Origin: Macrostomum hystrix
Lineage: Eukaryota > Animalia > Platyhelminthes
DNA length: 64,000 bases
NCBI GenBank assembly: GCA_950097015.1
Contig: CATNEN010000031.1
Coordinates: 1,612,001 to 1,676,000 of the forward strand
Direction of reading: 5' to 3'
A program made the position numbers and the translations under genes. The notes under the pieces were generated by a model. The model was given only the letters and a program-made list of their open reading frames with translations, was not told the DNA's origin and made no database searches. Of the stretch, positions 43,457-56,700 are shown piece after piece. Each line of letters opens with the position of its first letter. Positions within the stretch are counted from its first letter, which is position 1.

Positions 43457-46400
43457 GCTGCGCCTTTATAGCAACAGAGTAAAAAATTATTTCGATTTTC
43501 AAAAAGCCGACAAAAACTTGTTGACAAAACTTGACAAAATGCTTATTAAATAGACAAACCACCCAGCTAATAGACCCGACCTCACTAATACCTTCTCTCC
43601 CTAGTCGAGCCAACGCCCAATGCATGCCTGATTTCTCTGCCCAATGCACGCGCCATTTGGGACAGACCAGTCGGGGGGGGGTGGGATAGAGTTTAGGGAC
43701 GGGATTGAGTCTCCCCTCATAGTCGGAGTTGTCAATGACAACGAAAAGCAAAGCTAGCACAACTACACGGTGAGACGGGGGGGACAGGAAGCCTGGAGCA
43801 GGGGGAGAGACGAAGAATTGAAGCCAACAAGATCGAGAGCGGAGGTCGGGTGCGGCGAAGGCATTCACCTTGCCTTGTGCACCTGGACAGGAAGGACTTG
43901 AGAAACTGCAGCAGGGGGCCGTACGTACAGCAGACAACAAATTCCTCCCCCACACTCGCATGCCCACCTTGCTTCTTTCGTTTTTCTTCACCACTAAATG
44001 CTTCACATATGGAGCTCACATTGAGTTCCACCTGCATGGCGTGACTGACCTACTAACGATCCCCTGTCCATCTTGAGTTAATGCGCATTCCTATACCTTG
44101 CTCTTGTGTAATGTACATTTGCAGCGTGACTGACATTTGTTTACCTTGCGCGGGTGGGTTAATTTGTTTTTTTTCTTCTATAGACCTTTCACGTATTTGC
44201 ATACGCAAAATCTCACACTGAATGACATTTTTCATGCGAGTTAGTTCGTATTTCATAGCAGCAAAAAGTTTGAAAGCAATGCTGGGCACACAATATTTAT
44301 GCAAAGATGCCGCTTGGTTGTTTACACAGCTATGTTCTGGCTACTCAAACAATTTTTTTGCCTTGCAGTTGAGGAGAGAGGTAATTGCATATTTGCGTTT
44401 TTTTCTTTCGCATGCATTCAGAATCTTACGCTTGTGAATATTGAAGTTTTCGCAGTTTGAGTTTTATTAATCATAATTTTGTGAGGTATACATAGCTCGT
44501 AAATTACCTTGCATTGACAAAGACTATGACCAACTTGGTGTGATTTTGTCGACTTTAGTGAGTTTGCAGAACTGAATCCACCAGAAAAAAAGTAATTGTT
44601 AAATTAAGCATTTTCTGTAATCTATGTGAAAACTAGAAAGCGATCATAACAAAAGAAGCCACACAATTTAATTGCTGCTGACTATCTGAGGAATTCTATT
44701 CGGATACATTGTAGTCCGTTTTAGCGGCTGGTGTAAGAGAAAGAGCGAGAAAAAAATACGATTCTGCAGCTTTATTAGACTGACGCAATTATCATGATCA
44801 ATTATCGAGAAAGTGCTGCTGTAAAGGGTGAGTGGGAAAACCACTCAGGGTGGGTTAGCAATTTTTTAATAGTGCTGGATTAGGTGTACTGCATAACCAA
44901 AAACCAATGCAGCTTTCGAGCTTTCAAATGTTGTTTTTAAGCACATTACATCACCAAAGGCGAGCTGACAGGACTCTAATACAACTGCCGAAATTGGCGC
45001 AGTAGTAGTAGTATATTTTTGGCTCTATGCCAATAAGAACGCGAATTTATTTTTTCTAAAGTTTAGCGAAACAAATTCATTATTAATTGATACGAAAGAC
45101 AGTAAAAGGAACGATTGGTTTTAATTAACAAGTATTAGTATTGCAGGAGATAAAAAAAGGTAGGTAAAATCTGAAATGATCTGAATAAAAATACAAAAAT
45201 ATGAGACCAAGAAAAGGATGTGAATGCAGTGACTTCAGGATGTGAATGCAATTTCAAAGTTAAAATTATCTGTACATTATAACAAAAATCAAACCTCCTA
45301 TTACATTGACATGCTACATTCTATAGGAATTGGCAGCCAGAAGATATTTAAAAAATATAGTGAACTGCGAAGCATTCTTTGTAAGGGCAATAATATTGCG
45401 TTAAATTATCGTGCCGCGAATGCCAGTGGGCGGCTTAAAATGCTTAATTGTTCCTTTGTCTCGGCGTCTACTATTTTTACATATTGCTACAGTATATTTT
45501 TGTAGTATTGCAGTGGTATTGCTTTTATTATATTACTTTCAAATGTCTAAATAGTAACTTGTGTGTAGCTATTGTCTCCCCTCGTAGAAGATATGTAGCT
45601 GCTGCTATATCATTAATTTGTCAAATAACATTAATTTAGCTATCAAAAAGCAATTGCAAACTTTAAGCGTTTATTAACTAATTTTCAATTACAAGTTTCA
45701 TCCTGTTAAAGCCGCCATAACTAGCATAAATAAAATAACAATTGCTGGCTATGGGCTATGGTTTGTCCTAGTTTCCTAGTTTTTTATTTATACTGACTGT
45801 AAAAGCCTATATCATTGTGTCTTAATATTTATTTGTGAAGAGAGAGATTATAAAATCTAGTTGAGTTATCATAGTATTCATAGGTTATGTCTGTAGATGG
45901 GCTAAACCATGCTTATCTGTGTCTCTCAACAAAAAGATTTTTTAAGTAGCTTTTTAGGCCCATGCATGTCTAAGAATTTGTACAAACAGTAATATATACA
46001 CATATAGAGACATTATATAAGACAGTTAGCTTGCTAACAACAATTTGATACTAGTTATATTTCATCTTTGTTAAAGTCATACAGTAAAATATTCAAATTT
46101 TATGCCTTCTAAATATGTTATTATTATAATATATATAATAGGCCTATATCTTGATTGTTGCATTTATCTTTTTTACAGTATGTAAGCTAGATTGTTATAC
46201 AACAGCTATAATTGCATTAGAGAGATTTGAGCATGAATAGCTTCAAATTTTTATTTCCTTTAAAATTCTATAAATTAATGCCAATAGTCCCTAAATAGAA
46301 AAAGCCATATCTCTTAAGAAGAAGTACTTATGTTAAAAATACTGAATGATTTATAATTGCTATAAAATCTAATATCACAATATATAATATTTAGGTTTAT

Positions 46401-46721
46401 ATCTTAGGTTTATATCTTATATATTGGATTCATGCTACAGCTATCCATCTCAAAAACAGTGAAGCTATTTGCTTCTGCTAACCTATAGACCATAACCTAA
46501 TAGTTATCAAAGCTACCTTTTTTGTTTTAACAAATTCAACTCGATTAACTTTAAGAGGTTTTGTGCCATGATAAAAGAGAGTTCCTAACTTAAGTTGTTA
46601 TTAGATTTAGAATGTTATTCAAGACTAGCCATCATAGAGCCTCCACTACTGTATGCTTCCTCCATTTGAAACCATGCTGTTTGTGAATTTAGTTAACAAT
46701 TTTCTTGCAGCAAAGCAGCCA

Positions 46722-47827
46722 ATGTCGAATTCTCCTCCGCCACTGAGCCTGCGCCCAAAGAAGGGCATCCTGAAATCTCGCAGTCATCATCACCGACTGT
46801 CGCAGCAGCTTCGTCCGGAGCATCAGCAGCAGCTGCAGATTCGACTTCAACAACAGCAGACTGCCAGTGCTGGTGGCGTTGAGGAGGCCGCGTCTGCACA
46901 AGCTGGTGGAGCAGCAGCTCACAAATTATTTCAGTGGGACGAGATGAACATCCTGGCTACCTATCATCCACCAGGTGCGTTGTTTGGGGTGACTGTCTAT
47001 CAGAGAGGACAGACAGAGTGATAAGGACTAACAACAAGAATAATAATAATTGCAGGAGGGCTGCGGGCAATGGCACATCATTTGGGGACATTAGACCCGC
47101 AGCCAGCGAGGAGGCAATTCTGCCCATTTTGCTGACTCCTGAGCACACGCACACCGATAATGTGCACAGGCACACGCTCACACAGGTGTGTACATCTGCC
47201 CTGACTTTCTCATCGTCAGGCAGTGCACACAGTGTCACAGTGCCTTGGAGGTTGGCTCTCAAGAGCGTAAATTGCACGACAAGCCCCCAAGCCTTCTCTC
47301 CGCGTCTGCGCTCCAAAATTGATGTGGCCTCGCCGCGGAATCGAGCTCAGGGACCTTGCTGCGAGATGGAAACACGTGACACCGCTCTGCCACCCACCCC
47401 CCTACCAGACAAGGACTACGGCCATATGAAGGTAGACGAAGCGCCAACTCCCTACGAATCAGCGCGTCCAACCGACGAGGACGATGAAGACGACGAAGGC
47501 AGCAAAGGCAGCTGCAGCGACCGTCGGGTGCGTCGCGCCAGCTTCGGCGACGCTATCCCAGCCGAAGAGCTGGCCTCTCGACTTCAGGCCGCAAAGTCGT
47601 CTGCCATCGAAGAGGCCACAGCGGCGCCGCCGCTGTCGCCGGTGCACGATCTGGACGCCGACGAGAGCGAACTGACCGCCGAGGAGCGAGAACGTCGCCG
47701 ACATTTCCGGTTGAAGCGGAAGCAGCACTACAATGAGTTTCAGGCCGCTCTGGTTGCTAGGCAACAGAGCCAGGACGAAGAGGATGCTGATGATGTCGGA
47801 GAATCTGTTCGGATGGAGTCTGGATAG
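46722..47827 (+). CDS. PPP1R2: Protein phosphatase 1 inhibitor-2, 223 aa
   Basis: Exons 46722-46974 and 47409-47827 join as HPP|DKDYGHMKVDEAPTPY. Motifs KKGILK, QWDEMNILATYHP, GSK3-site PTPY and KRKQHYNEF. Confidence 0.95.
47040..47402 (-). mobile_element. tRNA-derived SINE family 1, near full-length copy filling the PPP1R2 intron
   Basis: Reverse complement of the 15953-16301 element, including head (TGGCAGAGCGG ... GCTCGATTCCGCGGCGAGG) and (TTA)n tail. Confidence 0.85.
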
Positions 47828-47914
47828 TCAAATTGTTTATTCGATTCTTTGAGTTCTAGGGTGGGCAAACTTTTATGCCAAACTATGAATCCTGGAGACG
47901 ACAGCGGGCCGGAT

Positions 47915-47975
47915 TGACAGGGGAGAGATGGTACAGGGGAGAGATGGTACAGGGGAGAGATGGTACAGGGGAGAA
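47915..47975. repeat. Short tandem repeat, 16-bp unit GGGAGAGATGGTACAG (PPP1R2 3' region)
   Basis: 3-4 copies followed by a purine-rich tract. Confidence 0.8.
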
Positions 47976-49872
47976 ATGAGACGGTAGAGATGAGACAGAA
48001 GAGATTAAACAGAGGACAGATGAGAGACACTGGAGAGTTGAGATTGGGAAGAGACTAGAAAAAGCCAGGGTATCTGGTCCTCTTGATGGAGTGTTAGCCG
48101 GCCCCTTCTTTAATCAGTACCTGGATCCCACAGGTCCTGGCATCCCTGCCTAGGGTTAGAATTACTTTTTAATTCTTACCTGAATCCGGGATCGCAACTA
48201 TTACGCACACTAAAATACTGGGATCCTCATTTTTTACTGTAATCCCTGCTACTAATTATGCGTTTTTTCACTACTAGTTCGCAACTCTGCAATATACTTC
48301 GATGGTTAATGAGATCATATCTTAATCAGTGATCCTCATAGTCGGAATATTTATTCAATTGTCCGAAATTTTCTATTATTATACATACTGCTATTTAGTT
48401 TTAGTTTGCAAAAAACTCCACAATCTGCGCAGCCTTCTCAGCATTGTTAATGTCAATGTGAGCTCATCCAGATATTTAATATTATTAGGCTTCTAGGCTT
48501 GATCAGCAATTCAAATGGAAATCCTGTTTTGCATAATATCAATTATTTTTTCATTTCGAAACGATAATTATTGTTAAAATTACTGCATCAGAGATTCAAG
48601 GTTGTCTCTCAATCATTTCTGTGATTCGAAAATTATACATTGGCGGTTAGGACACTAGACAATGCACATTAGGAATTTACTGAGTACTCATAGACCCTCC
48701 TAGATTGCTCATAAATGCTTCTTCTCATGTACCAAAAATGATATTATACTTATCCTAATGTGCTTAGTTGACAAAGCCGCACCCGTGTTTGCCAACCGGA
48801 ATAGAAATAAAAAAGTGATTTCTCATCAATCATACAAGACTTGTGTGTCAGTTATTTTTTCCGAGTTATAATGAAACGTCCCTGCGTCTGTCCTGAATGC
48901 GGGAATCGTTTGTTTAAAATGAAAAGAAGCAGACTTTATTTTTATATAATAAATTGGATCCAATTTGAGGTAATCGCGGTGCGAACTGTTGTGTTTCAAT
49001 AAAAGTTATATGCAATTTGCAATGGAAAGCAGTTTTTTAGTCTCTAGATTTAGAGACGAGGTTATTAACGATACTTAATTAGTCAGTTTTTTATAAAGCG
49101 ATGCTTTGTGAGTATCAATCATATGTACATTGAATGCAACGGTTTGATATGGGCTGGGCAGGTAATATTTGGAAAACTTAAAGCTACGGATCGATTTTCA
49201 ACATTAGACTAGTTAATAGAATATTGTTAAGCAATGAGTCAATCAATCAATCGATAGTATTTACTAACTGATTGGGAAATTTGTATTAACTATTGTTGAC
49301 AAAGAGTGATTAGAGAAGAAAGACGAGACAGTGACAGCAAAGCGGTTGGACAAGAGGACAGAAAATAAGCGAAATAAAATCACACGCTCAACTGAAAAAA
49401 AAGATGACGAATGGTGAATAATATAGATTTACCGCGCGCGCACAAGTTTAGATTGACATCTCGTGAGTCGCTGCTAGCATATAAAAACAAAGGTAGGTAA
49501 AAAAAATTGTGCAATTAAAACAAAACAACAGAACGCAAAACATTATGTAGCGAAAAGCTGTAGCAAAAATAAAAGTTCAACAATACGAAGCAGATATTAG
49601 TAAAAATATGGGAATATGTACTCGTACAAGACAGTGTGACAAGAATCATATTGTGCCAGTGGAAATTTTATTGCAAGAACACTTCAATACAATGGAATAC
49701 TCGATGCAGCCCAGGGCTAAGGCTAATAAATTTACACATGTTCCTTTGTTGTGTCTATCAGCAGCTAACTGTTGACTTCGTCCGTTTTCGGTTGACAAGA
49801 TACTTGTATTTACCAGAGCTGGCGAACTTTGTCTGAAACAATGTCCTCAACGGAATTATAAACCTGTCTGAC

Positions 49873-50387
49873 ACTGTCTAACAGCTGATCGCATCTGTCT
49901 AACAGCTGATCGCATCTGTCTAACAGCTGATCGCATCTGTCTAACAGCTGATCGCATCTGTCTAACAGCTGATCGCATCTGTCTAACAGCTGATCACATC
50001 TGTCTAACAGCTGATCACATCTGTCCAACAGTTGATCGCATCTGTCTAACAGCTGATCGCATCTGTCTAACAGCTGATCGCATCTGTCTAACAGCTGATC
50101 ACATCTGTCCAACAGTTGATCGCATCTGTCTAACAGCTGATCGCATCTGTCTAACAGCTGATCGCATCTGTCCAACAGTTGATCGCATCTGTCTAACAGC
50201 TGATCGCATCTGTCTAACAGCTGATCGCATCTGTCTAACAGCTGCTCGCATCTGTCCAACAGCTGATCGCATCTGTCTAACAGCTGATGACATCTGTCTA
50301 ACAGCTGATCGCATCTGTCTAACAGCTGATCGCATCTGTCTAACAGCTGATCGCATCTGTCTAACAGCTGATGACATCTGTCTTACA
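49873..50387. repeat. Minisatellite, 21-bp unit CTGTCTAACAGCTGATCGCAT (downstream of Fat stop)
   Basis: About 24 copies, unit length constant. Confidence 0.95.
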
Positions 50388-50759
50388 GGTAGAAAATTTT
50401 GTCCCGCAAGTTCGCCAACTAAGATGGTGTTCTGATGTAAATCTGACGTTAATTAAACAGCAGTCAAATAAAACGCAAATTAAGCTAAAAAACTAAGTTA
50501 GAAAATGCACAAAAGCACACACACAAAAGTACAGATTACTAGGGCATACTAATTATAAACATCCAAAATAATGTGCGATTCAATCAGTTGGAGACACCGC
50601 GGGTTGGACACCATTCGACTGGGAAATTTATCCTACTATTGCCTTGCAGCTTGAAATCTGTATTTATAAACCTACACTACTATGATTAAGTAGCTAGAGT
50701 AGTTTCTGGACTTTTTATTGAAGGCTGCAAGTTCAACAGGGACTAAGAAACACTAACAA

Positions 50760-53700
50760 TCAAGCCAGAGTCTCATTGGGCGGCTGTCGTTTCTCCACCT
50801 GTACCTGTACCGGCGGAGTCTTGTCAGTCACGGTCGCCGCCAACGCTGCCGCGGAAGCTCCAGTTGTCCCAGACGTCGGCAGTGGTGGGCGCTCCTCCAT
50901 GACTGGCGTGGCGCTGCCGCCGGAGCCGATCTCGGTGCTGCCGGAGCCGCCACTGCCGCCGGTCTTCGTTGAGACGGTCGCCGTTCCGCCGGCTCCGCCG
51001 CTGCTGCTGGTGCCGCCGATGCCGCTACCGCCGCGGAATGTGGAAGTGGAGGTTGTCATCTGGTCGGACATGCCGCCGCCAGGCAGCAGGGCAGCCCTGG
51101 AGCTCTCCTCTTCGTCGGCCTCCTCGAGATCTTCGCGCGCTTCGTCAAAGTCGCAGGCGGAGCCGGCGTACTGCGGCAGGTAGGCGCCAGGATTGGCCAG
51201 CAGCATCCTCTGCAGGCTGGGCCGGCGGGGACCCACGCTGCCGCTGTAGCTGCCGCTGCAGTTGCTGCCAGCACCCAGAGACTCCGAGCTGCCCATCATG
51301 GCCATCATCATCATCTGCTGCTGCTGCTGCTGCTGCTGCATCATGCGGCCGCCGTGAACCGGCGTCGGCCGGAGCATCGGCTGCTGCTGCTGATAGTACT
51401 GCTGCTGCTGCTGAAGGTGATGCTGGCAGCGGCTGCTGTGGCTGTGAGCCGGTGATGCGGCCAGACTGGAGGCCTGGCTGGCTCCGGCGAGAGCGGCTGG
51501 AGCGGCGTAGACGCAGTAGGGGCTGTCCGGAATAACGTCTGGCGGGTTGTTCCAGTCGGAGGTGTCCCAGTGATAGCCTGTGTGTGTTTGTGTGTAATAT
51601 CGGTGGTGAATTATGGGTGAACTCGTTGAATAAGATCTCCTCAGTTGATTAGTAACAAATTTGAAATTAATAACAATTTTCGCGAGTCGGACCCCAGAGC
51701 AGACGCACACGCACACAGACGCCAAGCCCTATCTCGAGATACGAACCCGGGACCACTTCATTGGTGGTAAAGAGCCGCATGCTTTTAATTAACTTCATAT
51801 CAATATTAGCTCATGAATAAGATGACATACTACAGAATCGTATTACCATAATACGCTACAAAGAGCTATTATAGATCCGGAAACACACTAGACAGAAGCG
51901 GATAACACAATGAGCCAACGATACGGCCACAGGTCTAGCAGCAACAACGTTGAAAGCAACAAATACACTAGGAAATGTTTGTTACACATTAGTGTTCGAA
52001 GGCAACGTAAAACGGAAACAGCTAAAGCCGACACCGACAGGCAATAAATAATAATAGTATTAATAATACTAATAATTGACATTCTAAATCAAACCTAATT
52101 TTAAAACCGCATGCTTAATGTGTTTTAAAATAAGCTGTTTAATTAATCAGTTTAGTCCTTTTAGCGCGAGTTGCATAAAAAAATATGGAAAGGCGCTAAT
52201 GCTGTTGCATGCGCTTAGTTCTGTTAGTGACAGTAGCTAGCATCGGTTAGTGCAGTAGTATATGCACGCACTAGTCACCAATTAATAGTTAAAAATAAAG
52301 GAGGAAAAGCAGAACCGATAAAACCAACAAAACTTAATATTTACAAACAAATATTTAAATCTTAACAAACATTATTTAAAAATACTTTCAGTTACATAAA
52401 TAATTAAATAAGTTAATGTTAAACTTTCTTTGAAACAAAGCCAGTGTTAGCTTAACTGAGACTGGGCGGGGGGCAGTTTGTTAGTCGCGGTTGGTTGGTT
52501 TGGGTAGAAGGGCTCAAAGCTACCAACCTTGGCGGGAGGCATGGGAGCCGGCGGGTGACACGCTGCCACCAACAACACCAACACCCCCACTGAAGTGTTG
52601 CACCTCTGCAAGTATATATATGTATAATGCACATTGTTTTAAATGAATCTATAAATTAATTGTTCTTCATATGCACAATATCTAAAAAGCTTTAGTAGGG
52701 AGAAGGCATTAGAAATGGTCAGTAATATGTTCAAACTTACTGTTTCTATAAATATTAGACGCGTAGTTTTTTTTATTTTGTATTCGCGCCAAATTTTTTC
52801 TAATTTTAGTTTTTTGTTAACTAAAACTTTTATTATGTTTGGCGCGAAAACAAAAAAGCGGGAAAACTACTGGTAGTAGCTTAAATTGTTGAATATATAA
52901 AAAAACTGCGGAAAAGTAAGAAAATGTTTTTTAGTTTTTTAATGAACTTTTGTATCGAGAAAAAATTAGTAAAGTGGTCTACTTTAAGCAATGTCCAGCA
53001 TGAAATTTACTTTCTAAAAGCCTATAGATAAGATATTGTAATCAGTTGACTGTCTATTATAAAAAAACACACACACAAGTATTGTCGGCAAACAAGAAAT
53101 AAAAGCTTATCAGGAAAGACAGGCGGCATTCGCAGACAGTTTCTAAGAAAGTAAAAAATAAGTCAATAAAGAGTTCCAGTGAATAGTAGTGATTGTTTAA
53201 GACAGAGCTGAGGCGCCAGTTAAATTTTTTGATCGAGCATAAAATAAGAAACAATGGAAACCTAATAAATGATCTGCAGCTAATAGCGTCACACCTGAAA
53301 TCTAAATAATTAATGCAATTAATAATACGCCGCCAGCGAATTTTGCCTAGATGATTAAAACAAAGCAAAGAGTAATTAGCAACATCAGCAGCCAGCTCAC
53401 CCTGCTCGTCGATGATGTCACCCAGAGCGGAGCCGGCGCCCTGTCTTATGTAGAGCCGCTGGCCCCGATTGTGTAAGAAGGCCGGCTGCAGATGATGCTG
53501 ACTGTGATGATGATGCTGCTGCTGCTGCTGGCCGTGATTCGGGCGCCGGCTGATTGTGGCCGTGCAGCTGGGCGTGAGGCAGCGGGTGGGCGTGCCCGCC
53601 GTGTCCGAGTAGAAGCTGAACGGCCTCGGCGGGTGCGGCTTGTCGTAGGCGGCGTAGGAGGCCGCCGCAGCCGCAGCCGCCTCTGGCAGATTGTGCTCGC

Positions 53701-56700
53701 TGCTGTAGCAGTTCGGCACTGAGTGCCGCAGGTCCAGCTGGCGCTGGGGAATCATGCAGGTCTCGCCGCTGGCCAGGGTGACCAGGGCCATGGCCTCGGT
53801 GGGGTCGTGGCCGCCGGAGCAGTGTCGGTAGGTGCCGCTGCCGCTGGTTGAGCCGCCAGATTTTCCAGCCGCTGCGGCGGCGGCAGCTGCAGCTGCGGAC
53901 GACGAGCCGTGCCGATCCTTGGCGTGACGTCGACGAATTTCACCGCCGCCGCCACGCCGTCTGGAGCAGTATGAGACAACGAAGAAGATGGTGAGCGCCA
54001 GCAGCAGGATGATTGAGATGGAGCTGAGGATGGCGACGACTTCGTGGAAGCTGAGGCCCAACAGGGCGGAGCTGCCGCTGTCAACGCCGGGCACGTGGAA
54101 GGTCTCGCAGCTGCGGCCGCTGTAGCCTAACGAACAGTTGCAATAGTAGCTGCCGGGCAGGTTGACGCAGACGCCACGGCCGCCGCAGGGAGACCTGCTG
54201 GCAGCCGAAGACGAGCACTCGTCCACATCCTGGCCGCAGGTCGGTCCCTGGTAGCCGGTGCCGCCGCAGTGGCAGATGGCTCCACTGGGACTCTCTTCGC
54301 ACCTGGCGTTGTTCTCGCACGGATTGACATCGCGGCCGCAGTAGAGGCCGAATTCGCAGCGGGCGCCGGACAGGCCGGCCGGACAATCACAGGTGAAATG
54401 CCGGCCAGATTGGCGGCAGGTGGCGCCGTTGAGGCAGGGCGACTCGGCGCATGGCTCAGTGTTGATCTCGCATTGTCGGCCAATGAAGGGACTGGCGCAT
54501 TGGCACTGATAGCCGCCAGGAGTGTTGCTACAGACGCCGGCGTGTTGGCAGGGCGCCACGGCGCAGGCTGTGCCAAAGTAGGGCTCCGGACAGCCCGCAG
54601 TGACACCGTCGGTGCTGCTGGTTAGTGACACCTGGAAGGTATTTTAATAATAATAATTGCAGGAGGGCTGCGGGCCATGGCGCAGCATTTGGTGAAACTA
54701 GACCCGCAGCCAGCGAAGAGGCCATTCTGCCCACTTCGCTGACTCCTGAGCACAGATCCTGTACGCAGGCACACACTCACACAGGTGTGTACATCTGCCC
54801 TGACTTTCTCATCGTCAGGCAGTGTACACTCTTGCTGTGCCTTGGAGGTTGGCCATCAAGGGCATAAATTACACAAGCCCCCATGCCTTCTCCTCTCTGT
54901 ACCTGAGGCAGGTAGGCTGGCTGCTTCCGCTGCTGCTGCTGCTGCCGTTCGGACACTGGCAACGGCAGGCCGTTTAGCCGCATGTGTCCTAGGCAGCCAA
55001 CGTAGGCGCGTCCGGTTGATAGGCGCTTCTGGGTTGGCGCATCTGACCAGGGAATGGCGCGCAGGGTCGGCTCGATCGAGTCCACAAGAAGCTCCACCGT
55101 CCAGTTCTTCAGCGTCTTCTCTGAGCGGGCAACGCGACTGAATCGGAGATGGGATGGGAAGATTAGACGGGATCTGAGGATAATTAGAGACGGGATCAAA
55201 GGGCAATTAGAGACGGGATCTGAGGATAATTAGAGACCGGATCTGAGGATAAGTATAGACGGGATCAAAGGGCAATTAGAGACGATATCTGAGGATAATT
55301 ATTGGCGGGATCTGAGGATAATTAGAGACGGGATCAGAGGGCAATTAGAGACGGGATCTGAGGATAATTATAGGCGGGATCTGAGGATGATTAGAGACGG
55401 GAGTTGAAGGCTGAAGGAGAAGTACTTCGGCAAAGACTCACCCAGCTGCTTCCCGCATGACCCGAAGCCGCACTCCGTGCCATCGGCCGTCGTTCACAGG
55501 CCGGCGACTGGCTGCCCACGGTCGGGTCTGGACGCGGCCGTTTACCGCCGGGGCCACCTGTAGCGCGCCGTCCCGTCCGAGGCTGAGCACAATGTCTCGC
55601 AGCTGAGGCGCCTCAGGCGTCCAGTGGACAGCGAACACGGGTCCCGGCTGTGTCTGCAGGGTGCGCATGCGGAACTCCAGGTCGACAGCGAAGGACCGTC
55701 CGGCGACGTCGCCTGACGAGGAATCCGCCGTTGTTGCCGTCGACTCATTTAAAGACCAAGCGAGGCCACCAGCTCCTCGGAGGTGGATAACGCTGGCATT
55801 GACGACACAGTCGCCGCTGCCTCTGACGGTATCGTCGGCGCAGCCGGCGCCACCACCGCCAACGCTGGCGCCGGCGTCCTGCTCCAGGCAGATGTAGTGC
55901 CCGGTGGGCAGGTGGTGGCAGCGCTGGTCCGGGCGGCAGTTGCAGGCGGCCTGCTCAAGCATTGGTTGGCAATCGGAATATGTTAGCGAATAGCAATGAG
56001 CACACGCTAAACTACTCAAAGCTATACTCACCAAGCTCATCTGGCAGGTGGGCCCAGCGAACCCGTCTGCGCAGGCGCAGTAAGGCGCCAGCCGCACCCT
56101 TGGCGACAGGAAGCTGGCGTGGGCCGTCACTACGCGCAGATCGCTGCCTGGCAACGGCTCTGGCACCAGGTGGCACCGGCCGCCATTCAGGCAGGGACTG
56201 GCCGGACAGTCGGTCAGGAACGCAGCCGTCCGGCCCAGTTTGGCAGCTAGGTCGTCCAATGGGAGGCGCTGCAGTGCGGCCGGGCTGACGTAGGCACCTG
56301 CGCGAGAGTCGTAGACGGAGAGCAGCACTAGGAGGGGCTCATTGCGCGTCACAGGCTGGTTGGCAGCCCGGCGAATCCGCAACTGCTGCTGCTGCTGAAC
56401 TGTGACAATGTACACATTGTCCACTGGTAGGCCGAGAGCGGACGAAAAGTAATCCACAAGTCTGCAAGATCAAAATATTGGCACTATTAGGGCGAGTAAG
56501 AGGATGTAAGCCCGAGCACCGAGTGGTTGGAGCTTCCGATTCCTGATTGAGACGTTCGGAGTTCGAATCTCAGCCAAGAGAGGAAAACATTTTGTGTCCT
56601 TTAGCAATACGTGGACTCGAAGGCCGCCACTCCCACGCCACACCCACCTGAACTTCTTAAAGCTGGTTGAGCTGAAGCACTAGTGAATTTAAGTTACCCT

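Noticed and set aside
43560-44076. GC-richer block with several short overlapping ORFs; similar blocks at 36651-36900, 37243-37500, 38268-38625
   Set aside because: No recognisable domain, splice-phase linkage or terminal repeats; possibly decayed TE fragments but unsupported by eye.
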